This document shows, one piece after another, positions 36,544-45,586 of a stretch of DNA of 64,000 nucleotides. Origin of the DNA: a virus (lineage: Duplodnaviria > Caudoviricetes); IMG/VR virus record IMGVR_UViG_3300028591_000071; one strand, 5' to 3'. Below the pieces are notes generated by a model, which searched no databases, was not told where the DNA came from, and saw only the letters and a program-made list of their open reading frames with translations. The translations under genes and the position numbers were made by a program. Within the stretch, counting starts at the first letter, position 1; each line of letters opens with the position of its first letter.

Positions 36544-39500
36544 TTAAAGTGTGTTTATGTATCTTCTTATTGCTTCAACATGAGCGTCAGCTATTGCATT
36601 GAGACCTTCTTCGCTTTCAATCCATCCCCTCATTATATTGTATTTTCCTTCTTCATCTTCTTTGTTCCAAACTCCTTCTCTATACCATTTTTCGCTCGTT
36701 CCACCGTTTCCGTATGGTCCTCCTGCTATGTCATAATCAGCAAACCAATTTTCGCTCAATATGCAGGCACAATTTAATTGAACCGCACCATCAGTATTGG
36801 CTATTGATAAGATATGGTTAATCTCTTCATCCGATGACTTTACTCCACCATTCATAGCACCTTTGGGTAGTAATGCATAAAGGCCCGTCCGACTCTTATC
36901 CACCATCTTTCTAACCTCTTCTCTAAGAATCTCAGCAAATTTCTTTGAATCATCACGCACCTTAACCGTTCCGTCACTATATGCCTTTCCGTCAAATACG
37001 CAATAATATTTTCCGCCACCGCCATTCCAATGCGGAACAACGGAAATTACTTTCTTAGAGCCATATTTGTCGATAAGGCCCCTTGTTTCAGCCATGCTAT
37101 ATCCATTACTTCCTGTATGGTTTCCTCCCTTATTGCACCTTTGTATGTTTTGTGCATAACTCGTCCCGTCTGAGAATTTTAATTTCTGAAGTTTAGGAAT
37201 AATATATCCATCGATTAATTTTGAAGACCATGCATGTTCCATTTTCTTTTCTGTCTTCGGCCCATGGGCCGGCGTTATACAGATAATTGGCTTTTTTTCA
37301 CTTATGTTAGTTTCAGTAAAGTCTATTCTATCACTAATCTTTTTATCCGGATTTCCTTCAATGTTTGTCGATTCCGCCATAGAATTAGTGGTATTTACCG
37401 GGCCGCAATTCTCTCCGCCATTAGCGCCATCACTTTCTCCCCTTGGCTGTGTATCCTTGTTAACAGGCAATACCCCTTCAACCATAGGAAGGGCATACTT
37501 GTTTATTCTCACGCCAACCACGTGGGTGGTCATATCACCCGCTACCATCTGATGGGTTACCTTGTAAATTAGATATGCCCCTCTCCATAATGGTATGTTG
37601 TTCAATTGGAAATACATCAAAGGAGATACCATCATGCACCCCATCATATCAAACTCGCAAGTGAAGGCATATGATGACCTAACTTTATATATGTCCTGTC
37701 CGAACGCCGTGGTTTCCCTCTCGCCGTCCCCCGCCTTTGATGCAACGTAGAGCATTGCCTGTATTGATGCGTTGGTAACCGTAGGTGTCTCGGTATTCAA
37801 TGATATGTTCTTGAAGAAGGCCTGATTCTGCTTTCCATACGAAACACCGAATGCCGGAATTGTCCTTCCGCTATCATTTAAGAAATCGTGTTGTTCGGTA
37901 ACAAGGTCGAACCCGTCATCTTCATATTCATCTGACCCAATATATTTTGACGGTGCATATGTATACATGAAGCAGAAACATGAACTATCCGTTTCCCAAT
38001 CGCTATTATACGGGAATGCCTTGAACATCTCCGCCACATGGTTTGCCGTCTGACCGCCAATCATTTGTGGGAACGTCATCAGCATACCGCCCGAATTCTG
38101 TGCAATTTCGCTTAGGAAATCGAAGACGGATTTTCCGAAATAATAGGAAACGGTTTCATCCGAATTGGTTATCTGTGACGGCATACAATATGCTATCCAC
38201 CTCTCCACATTGCTTACATTAACCAACAAAACATTACCTATGTTGTGATAATAGGTGTCCAGATATATAAACTGATTGAAATCACTGTTTGGGTTCGCCA
38301 TGCTCCAAGTGTTACGACCCTTATATGGGGCGCATAGCCACTTGTCGTACAACGTCTTCAATGTTTGATATGTTGACAATCTAATATCATCATTCCTGAA
38401 CAAATCTTCTACGGTCACGTCACTCGATGCATCCGCAGTTTCTTCATTCTTTTCATTGTCTTTGAACATATCATTTATCGCACCGACAAAGCCATTGAAT
38501 GCGGCTTCTATCCTTCCTGCGTTCGGCTTTTGCCCATCCCCGTGATAATCCACTATCGTGCAAACATCAAGGAATGTACTTAAAAGGAATTCCTGAACCC
38601 GCTCCGCGTTTCTTGCTATTGCGGATGCACCTTCTATTCTTAGCAAATCTGAATTAAAGCCGTTTGAGAAATTTTCGTGTTCATAATAACTCTTGTCCGT
38701 CAGGATATGTTCGACCTTTTCATATTCATTCCTTGCCCAATCTTCAAATTTCTTTCTCAATACGCTCCTTCGAGACGCTGTGGAACCAGTCGGTATCTTC
38801 CATTCTACAAATTTTTTGGCGTCTTCATTAACGGTTTCAACCTCCGCCACGTAAGCATTATACCCCATGAAAGTCTCGTTTCTTCCTACGGGTTTTCCTT
38901 CGTGTATAATAGGGTCTTTGTCACCATTATTACCCATTACATAATCACGCCAATAGAATGAGCCCTCCCTCAACAGCCTCGCCTTCTGTTCGACACCATT
39001 TTCCGAATTTTTGTTTATCCCACTGCCTTGATGCTCTTTTTTTGATTTAAGCGGAATCGCAGAAAGGAATAAATATGCCTTCGACAAGATGTCCTTTTGG
39101 TCTGTATATATCTTAGTACTAAAAAGGGACTTCTTCCTATCCTCATCAATAAGTGCAGGATATTTTACAAAATAATCCTCCCTTTCCTTATAGGATTTGT
39201 TTGCGATATCGACAACGCCATTTTCCTTGGAGTTCTTCACTATGGTATCGGTCTTTGCAGATGCTCCCTTTCTGTAAATAATCCCTTGTTCGAATATGAT
39301 TTCGTTCTTATCTACTGTCGTATCGATGGAACTTTCAGCAAAAATGCTGTCAATTTGATTTTCAGTAATAACCCCTTCGTAATTGGTCCCGACATCAGAT
39401 TTTATCGAATCCGACAATGCCTTAACATAATCTCTTGAGTCATATACCACGAACGTTTCCTTTTCTTCATCTTTTTTGTTCGCATTTATGAATCTCTTAT

Positions 39501-41862
39501 CGTTTGACATTTGTGCTGAACCGCCGGCATATGCAGCATTAATATCCTTGAAATCCCCGAATCCTACAGGAATGTAATTACCCGTCAAGACATATTTATT
39601 GTTTTCATCCAACAGTCTCTTCCCGCCGAAATTCCACATCTTACTCGCGCCCTGCGTCTTCACTCTCTTCAGTACCGTATCGACAAATTTTCCCCTATCC
39701 TTACATTGCCTTACGAAATTTTCAAAACGAGGGTCATTCTCTATTCCCTTAAGTCCCTTTGCAAGATTGATTGCATCGAGTTTTCCAAAATCATTGGCTG
39801 ATTCGGGACGGGGCTCATTCACCCCCATCAGATAATAATATGCCCTTGTTAAAAATGTTCCGACTATCGCGTCACAGAAATCTTCATCGGACAGATTCCT
39901 GACCTGATTGGATATCCATTGATATGGGTTTCCTATACCGTCCTTGTTGACCACGTCATAAAGGGTACCTGGAAGCATTCGGTCTACTTGTGGACTTGGT
40001 GCATCTCTCATGAAATCTATATCAGATGATGTATTTCCGGAATTTCTCTCATCAAGGAATTTGTCCACCGTTTCTTGATATATCTTTACTGCGGAAAGTA
40101 AATCAAGCACGAAGTCAACCTCTTCAAGAGATTTTCCACCAGGCATCTTCCCAGGCCACACTGATACGTTTTTGGTTACCCCGTTTTCTTCTTTTTTCTC
40201 AAATATTTCCGTATATGGCGGAAGGTATTCTTCCGAATTCACCGTATCGGTTGCGACACCGCCGCCAAATACCTTTGCTATTTCCCTCGATTCATCCTCT
40301 GTTTTCAGTTTTTCATAGATAACATCCGTATTCTTATAAAAAGAATGTATGAAAGTATCCATATGGGCAAATATGAGGTTGTATATATTCTTTATGGTCG
40401 GTGAAAATCCAAGTGCGTCCTCGATAAGTTGATTCTCAAGGTTTACATAATCATCTATTTCTTTTTTTAGTTCTTCTTCGACTTTTCTGGACTCCTCCGG
40501 CATATTCTTAAGGAAAGTCTGTATCGCTTCGGTATTCACCTCGGACAGTACATAAATATGATACGTATTTTCCTTGCACGTGGCGAGCATGTTGGACACA
40601 TATTTGAACGGCTCCGTGCCGCTTACGACACCGGCTTCGGTTTCATCTATTTCGCTGTCCTTGTCAATCACAAACTTATTGTCGGTATTCTTGGAATAGA
40701 TTAGGGCCTTCATATCCTTATACCCGTTTTTCTTCCCTATCTCCAATCGGTCGTGCTTTATCTCCCGTTCTCCGTACTTTGCAAGCGACTCGAAAACAGG
40801 AAAATGTAAAGTACCATATGCCTTATCGTATGCCTCTATTCGTGCTATATAGTCCGATATTTCCTTTCCTAAAACTTCTTTTGTTTTGGTTGTCCCGATA
40901 TATACCCTGTTCCCGCTGCTAAGCCATTCCTTAAGCGGGCAAGTATCTATCAAGTTCTTTATGGTATCAATCCTTTGGTTGGTCGACTCACTTATCTCTT
41001 CCCTTTTGGCTGCAGCCGATTCTTTCTGTGGACTTTTAGATATATCCCAAATTGCTTTGAGTATTTCAGGCAACGGCCTCATCTTCTTGGGGCTACCATC
41101 CCTGTCTGTAAAAGAAAACGTCCCGTTCCCAACCATTTCGTTCCAATATTCCTTACCATTTGCAAGATACGGGGCAACGGAGACGAACGACATCGGCATA
41201 TCAACATACACCCTGTACATCATTCCGATAAAACGTGCGTTTATGTTGAAATTTCCGCTTGACGCATCCAATTCCAACTTGATATCATCATTAACGAGAT
41301 AATATGTCACGCCCTTTCCGTAAAAGCCCTTTATCTTCAACTTGAACATTGGAGGCGGATATGTGAACAACGCCCTGTAGAGTGACCCGCCCGTGCCGTC
41401 ATTGGTTAATAAGGATTTATCTTCGGGTGCAAGAACCGAAGCGCCCCTGACATCAACAAATTTGATGTTGACCAAAGGAGTTAACCATGATTCAAAAGAT
41501 ATGTTTATAGATTCTATGCCAAGGCATTCGTGCATCTTATCGTCAGGCATTAACGGATTGATGTCGGTAAAATTGGTTGTAAGGACTCCATCCGTTCCAT
41601 GCAGGAACGATATCGTCCCTTCTGATGTCGAATAATGCAATGTCTTGTAATTGCCATCTTCCATTGCCCATCCGCAGGCCTTCCTGTTTGGAATCATCAC
41701 CTCAAGGTCAGCAGCAATGCAATAGTCCTCCAACGAGTTGAAAACAAGGTTATCGTTTGGGATATAGTTTATCTCTTCCTTGCCTTCTCTGTTGAAGAAA
41801 CTTACGTTTGTTGGGTCTATATACTTAACCCTTCCGTTTATGTCGCTTGCGTTTGATGCCAT
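36544..41862 (-). CDS. Large baseplate hub protein with a C-terminal amidase_3-like domain
   Basis: GIESINI..PLVNIKFVDVRG, F.YPPPMFKL.IKGFYGK, MMG...PLMYFQLNNIPLWRGAYLIYKVTH hub motifs; C-terminal ITPAHG..E...SVVPHWNG...CILSENWF. Confidence 0.7.
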   Translation of the reverse strand: MASNASDINGRVKYIDPTNVSFFNREGKEEINYIPNDNLVFNSLEDYCIAADLEVMIPNRKACGWAMEDGNYKTLHYSTSEGTISFLHGTDGVLTTNFTDINPLMPDDKMHECLGIESINISFESWLTPLVNIKFVDVRGASVLAPEDKSLLTNDGTGGSLYRALFTYPPPMFKLKIKGFYGKGVTYYLVNDDIKLELDASSGNFNINARFIGMMYRVYVDMPMSFVSVAPYLANGKEYWNEMVGNGTFSFTDRDGSPKKMRPLPEILKAIWDISKSPQKESAAAKREEISESTNQRIDTIKNLIDTCPLKEWLSSGNRVYIGTTKTKEVLGKEISDYIARIEAYDKAYGTLHFPVFESLAKYGEREIKHDRLEIGKKNGYKDMKALIYSKNTDNKFVIDKDSEIDETEAGVVSGTEPFKYVSNMLATCKENTYHIYVLSEVNTEAIQTFLKNMPEESRKVEEELKKEIDDYVNLENQLIEDALGFSPTIKNIYNLIFAHMDTFIHSFYKNTDVIYEKLKTEDESREIAKVFGGGVATDTVNSEEYLPPYTEIFEKKEENGVTKNVSVWPGKMPGGKSLEEVDFVLDLLSAVKIYQETVDKFLDERNSGNTSSDIDFMRDAPSPQVDRMLPGTLYDVVNKDGIGNPYQWISNQVRNLSDEDFCDAIVGTFLTRAYYYLMGVNEPRPESANDFGKLDAINLAKGLKGIENDPRFENFVRQCKDRGKFVDTVLKRVKTQGASKMWNFGGKRLLDENNKYVLTGNYIPVGFGDFKDINAAYAGGSAQMSNDKRFINANKKDEEKETFVVYDSRDYVKALSDSIKSDVGTNYEGVITENQIDSIFAESSIDTTVDKNEIIFEQGIIYRKGASAKTDTIVKNSKENGVVDIANKSYKEREDYFVKYPALIDEDRKKSLFSTKIYTDQKDILSKAYLFLSAIPLKSKKEHQGSGINKNSENGVEQKARLLREGSFYWRDYVMGNNGDKDPIIHEGKPVGRNETFMGYNAYVAEVETVNEDAKKFVEWKIPTGSTASRRSVLRKKFEDWARNEYEKVEHILTDKSYYEHENFSNGFNSDLLRIEGASAIARNAERVQEFLLSTFLDVCTIVDYHGDGQKPNAGRIEAAFNGFVGAINDMFKDNEKNEETADASSDVTVEDLFRNDDIRLSTYQTLKTLYDKWLCAPYKGRNTWSMANPNSDFNQFIYLDTYYHNIGNVLLVNVSNVERWIAYCMPSQITNSDETVSYYFGKSVFDFLSEIAQNSGGMLMTFPQMIGGQTANHVAEMFKAFPYNSDWETDSSCFCFMYTYAPSKYIGSDEYEDDGFDLVTEQHDFLNDSGRTIPAFGVSYGKQNQAFFKNISLNTETPTVTNASIQAMLYVASKAGDGERETTAFGQDIYKVRSSYAFTCEFDMMGCMMVSPLMYFQLNNIPLWRGAYLIYKVTHQMVAGDMTTHVVGVRINKYALPMVEGVLPVNKDTQPRGESDGANGGENCGPVNTTNSMAESTNIEGNPDKKISDRIDFTETNISEKKPIICITPAHGPKTEKKMEHAWSSKLIDGYIIPKLQKLKFSDGTSYAQNIQRCNKGGNHTGSNGYSMAETRGLIDKYGSKKVISVVPHWNGGGGKYYCVFDGKAYSDGTVKVRDDSKKFAEILREEVRKMVDKSRTGLYALLPKGAMNGGVKSSDEEINHILSIANTDGAVQLNCACILSENWFADYDIAGGPYGNGGTSEKWYREGVWNKEDEEGKYNIMRGWIESEEGLNAIADAHVEAIRRYINTL

Positions 41863-42179
41863 TAGCCGTAATATTTGTTGTACTTATCTATCCCGTTCTT
41901 ATATGCCGTCAACGCCGCATCCAAAGGGAACGGAATCCTTAACATCGTATTATCTTTAATGGAGAACTCCATTGAACCAACGTCAGGATTTGCCTGAAGG
42001 ATTAGCCATCCATAGTTCGGGTTTCCGTAATAATCGTTGGAAATGATATCAAGTCTCGTCCTTCCTTTTTCATATTGGACATACATATCACTGTCCTGTT
42101 TCGGTATTTCTACGAACGGGACCATCTTTATTTCTCCATCTACTCTAAACTTTGAATATCTATCGTAATCTTCAGTCAT
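41862..42179 (-). CDS. LysM-like baseplate wedge protein (gp53/tail X-like)
   Basis: RLDIISNDYYGNPNYGWLILQANP...LRIP. Confidence 0.8.
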   Translation of the reverse strand: MTEDYDRYSKFRVDGEIKMVPFVEIPKQDSDMYVQYEKGRTRLDIISNDYYGNPNYGWLILQANPDVGSMEFSIKDNTMLRIPFPLDAALTAYKNGIDKYNKYYG

Positions 42180-45100
42180 AATCGTATCCCTCCTCCTCTA
42201 CGAATTTAATGTTGCTTAATTGTGCATTATACGGGTCTGTCAAGTCGGTATATATTGAACTATTAGCATAATAATTGTATGTGAGTGCATTTTGTAGTGC
42301 ATTTACAGGTCCGTCGATATCCTGACCGCCAATAAATGTGAAATTCATGCTGATATTTGCCATCATCGGCTGTACTCCTACACCCTCCGGGTTTAAATCC
42401 CACTGCGTTCCGCCACCATTGTCATAATCAATCGTTATGCTCGTTATCACTATCTTTGAATAGTAGAAATCACCGATTCTCAATATGCAGATAGGTGGCC
42501 TTCCAAACGCAAGGTTTGCTGCCGACTGCATAAATTTGTCTTTAGTGGCGTTTTGGGCATTATCCTTACTGCTATGGCTACCAACCGTAGGTCCCTGCCT
42601 CGTACATTGCTGCAGGAAGTTAAGCCTTGCGTTAAATCCCTCAGGGGTAAGCGAATGGAACGCCGGTTCAAAGAACCTTACCTTGTCTACAATATTTTTA
42701 TATACCAAATTATCCTGAGATTGTATCTCCTTGAAATACAGGTATTCGTTTCCGTATGTGTACTGCCCCTCTATTTGCATATCCTTTGTTTCCGTCTGAA
42801 CAAATTCTGAGGTATTTTCATTTTCCTTAATCGAATTAGGACCATTAGGACTCTCCGTCACACCGCTTACTGAGTTTAACGGCTTTGCATCGTGTTTTAA
42901 CTTCACCCTGAATGTTGCAACAGCACTTCTCCCTATCTTTGCATAAATGTCGTTGACATCACGCATGTTACCGTTCACGAAGGTGTCAATCTCGGCCCCT
43001 TCTTCCCTTTTAACCATATCCGGTTCAATGGAAGGACATAGGTAAAGTATCAACGCCTTCATTGCGTTCGCCCTGTCATTCGCAAGGTCTATATTGAGTT
43101 CATGATATCCATCTTTGGAAGCGAACCCCCTGACTATAACCTCTGATATTTCAAACGAATCCGCTTCTTTTCCGAACACTTTTCCGTCTGTGAACTGCGA
43201 TTCTATCGATAATAGGTCTTTAAACGAATTCAGTTCGTTTGTCATTATGCCAAGTAAATCCTTCACGTCTTCCGTTTTCGCTTGCAAACCGCTTCCGTTG
43301 AGTTTGAATAATGATTCATTCTTATAGTTCGGCGTGAGGAGAACCTGACTTGAATACCTCCTGTCCATTTCGGTGAACGCCTCTGAACTTTCATCACCCT
43401 CATATTGGCTTATCTTATCCTTTATAAGGGAAGGTTTTGAGATATACTGTTGCGCCGAGAAATTGTTTGGGAAAAACATAACGTATGTTTTCTCTATAAA
43501 CTCCGAAGACGGCTTCAGTATCGGCGTTGAATTTTCTACTTCTTTCGGCTTGTCAACATTCTTTTCTTCTATACTCAACTCGGGTTCAAACACATTAAGT
43601 TGCCCGCAACCTGCAAAGTATCTCAATATCTCCTGTTCTCGTTCTTCCTTGTTTGTTGCGCCGTCATCTCTTCCGGTCCCTCTCCACTTGTTAAGTATTG
43701 AAGGGTGGTCTATAAGTAAAGTGAAATTAAGCGTTCCGCCTCTCTCTGTATTCGCATATGTATATACCTTTTCTCCCCTTCCGATAAACTCATTGTCTCT
43801 CCACGATGTGTTTATATTCTCCGTGAATTTTAGGTTATAAGGCGGAAACCACATTATCCTTCCTTTAAACGGACCGATTTGTTCCTCGGAAAGGTATTTG
43901 CTAGTTGCAAAATCTTTCCAAGCAAGGTTCTCAATTGAGAACATATATCTCTTCAGGGCTTCTCTGGTCTTACCGCCATGTGTGACAATTTTCCCGCTAT
44001 CATTATACGGCGTTATCTTTACAAACCCCGACGGAAGGAGAACTGAATTGTTTGATAGCCTTTTGGCTCCGTTATTCGGTCTCAATGGGCCTAATTTTGT
44101 CTGTGTTTCTTCAATGGTCATAAAATTATTACCATCAACAAACGGCCTTATTCTATCCTTCATCGTAGAATATTGATGATGTGCCGTCCAAACCCTGCAA
44201 TATGGATTATCAAACCCCGTAACCTTTCTGTCTGACAGGTCCGCCCTTAAGAGGTTCCTACCCCTTGAAATACCTTCCGATGAGTATGATGAAATAAGTT
44301 CATCATTGGCAAAATCGTCCTGATTGTCAGTATGGAACCTGTTGATTAATGATTTTATCTTATTTTCCCTGAACAGGTTGTTAACTTTGTTGATTATTGT
44401 GTCACGCTCTCCGTTGGAAACACCTATTTTCGGTGTGAATCCAGGAGAAATACTTATCGGGTTAACGGAATTAACGGGGCCTGACCCATCCACTTCCTCA
44501 TAATATGAGTATGTGGCGTTTCCTTCCCTTGCATTGCTTCTGAAAGAGCCACTTTTTAGTTTTGGGTTTATCTTATGGTCAGCATCCGACCATCTCGTCT
44601 TATCGTTTACATCATAGATGCTCTTTTCATCAGGAACCTTATAATATGATGCCGTATCTTCGTCGTTTTTGTTTAGTCCGTATGGATATGTATGACCGAA
44701 GCCACGATAACTGTCCCTAAGTTTACTCTGTATGGTGTTTTCTTCGCGATAATATTCCAAAAGTCCTTCTGAAGGGATATCTATCTTCGACTCCGTTACA
44801 TCCCCGAACAGATTGTCCACAATATAAATGTCTCCATAATTGTGTTTCTCATATGCGCCGCTGTTAACTTCCCCATAATGGCTCGTATAGCGTTCAGCCT
44901 TGCTTGAAGATTCTACTGCCTTGTTTGTTTTTCTCTTCTCTGAATACTTGTCCCTGACCTGTTCACCTATCTTCACAATATCCTTTCCAAAATCAAGCCC
45001 GTTTAAGCCGAAATGCTCGTTATGATATGTTCTCGTACCATATACCGCTTGTGTTATGGAATCGTCGCTTGCGTGTACTTGATGCGGATATTCTTCATTT

Positions 45101-45546
45101 GAATAGAAATCAGTCATAACCCAAGTGTCTGAGCCTGTGAGCATAGACTTGAACCTGGTGTTCCTTTCCCTTAAAAGACTGCCGAGGAAAGAAAACGTGT
45201 CTTCCGTCATTGATTCCTTTGCCGCATTGGTGTTCTCTTCATTCACTGAATAATAATCACCTATCATGCTTGCATTCAGTCCGGCCTGTGCTAAATCATT
45301 TCCCCTCAGCATCACGCCGTCCGTGTTTCTTATCTTCTCGTTTTCCCCTTCGGTACCATACGAATATCTGCCAATCTTGCCGGCATTATAATTCCTCATC
45401 ATATTGTCAACGAGAAAACCTCTCCTTGTGGAATATTTTCTTATCCCACCTGTCAGATTCCTCTGTATGACATAATCTCTGAAGCCATAGACCGACCTGT
45501 TTCCAAGTACAAGTCTACTTAACATATTAATAATTCCTCCGGCCAT
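42172..45546 (-). CDS. Baseplate/tail tube initiator-like protein with an inserted OmpA-like domain
   Basis: MWFPPYNLKFTE, GRGEKVYTY.NTER, PPICILRIGDFY; internal IVRGFAS...NIDLANDRA; directly after the tape measure gene. Confidence 0.65.
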   Translation of the reverse strand: MAGGIINMLSRLVLGNRSVYGFRDYVIQRNLTGGIRKYSTRRGFLVDNMMRNYNAGKIGRYSYGTEGENEKIRNTDGVMLRGNDLAQAGLNASMIGDYYSVNEENTNAAKESMTEDTFSFLGSLLRERNTRFKSMLTGSDTWVMTDFYSNEEYPHQVHASDDSITQAVYGTRTYHNEHFGLNGLDFGKDIVKIGEQVRDKYSEKRKTNKAVESSSKAERYTSHYGEVNSGAYEKHNYGDIYIVDNLFGDVTESKIDIPSEGLLEYYREENTIQSKLRDSYRGFGHTYPYGLNKNDEDTASYYKVPDEKSIYDVNDKTRWSDADHKINPKLKSGSFRSNAREGNATYSYYEEVDGSGPVNSVNPISISPGFTPKIGVSNGERDTIINKVNNLFRENKIKSLINRFHTDNQDDFANDELISSYSSEGISRGRNLLRADLSDRKVTGFDNPYCRVWTAHHQYSTMKDRIRPFVDGNNFMTIEETQTKLGPLRPNNGAKRLSNNSVLLPSGFVKITPYNDSGKIVTHGGKTREALKRYMFSIENLAWKDFATSKYLSEEQIGPFKGRIMWFPPYNLKFTENINTSWRDNEFIGRGEKVYTYANTERGGTLNFTLLIDHPSILNKWRGTGRDDGATNKEEREQEILRYFAGCGQLNVFEPELSIEEKNVDKPKEVENSTPILKPSSEFIEKTYVMFFPNNFSAQQYISKPSLIKDKISQYEGDESSEAFTEMDRRYSSQVLLTPNYKNESLFKLNGSGLQAKTEDVKDLLGIMTNELNSFKDLLSIESQFTDGKVFGKEADSFEISEVIVRGFASKDGYHELNIDLANDRANAMKALILYLCPSIEPDMVKREEGAEIDTFVNGNMRDVNDIYAKIGRSAVATFRVKLKHDAKPLNSVSGVTESPNGPNSIKENENTSEFVQTETKDMQIEGQYTYGNEYLYFKEIQSQDNLVYKNIVDKVRFFEPAFHSLTPEGFNARLNFLQQCTRQGPTVGSHSSKDNAQNATKDKFMQSAANLAFGRPPICILRIGDFYYSKIVITSITIDYDNGGGTQWDLNPEGVGVQPMMANISMNFTFIGGQDIDGPVNALQNALTYNYYANSSIYTDLTDPYNAQLSNIKFVEEEGYDYD

Positions 45547-45586
45547 CTTTTATTCTTCTTTAAAGTATTATAATGTGACTAAATTA

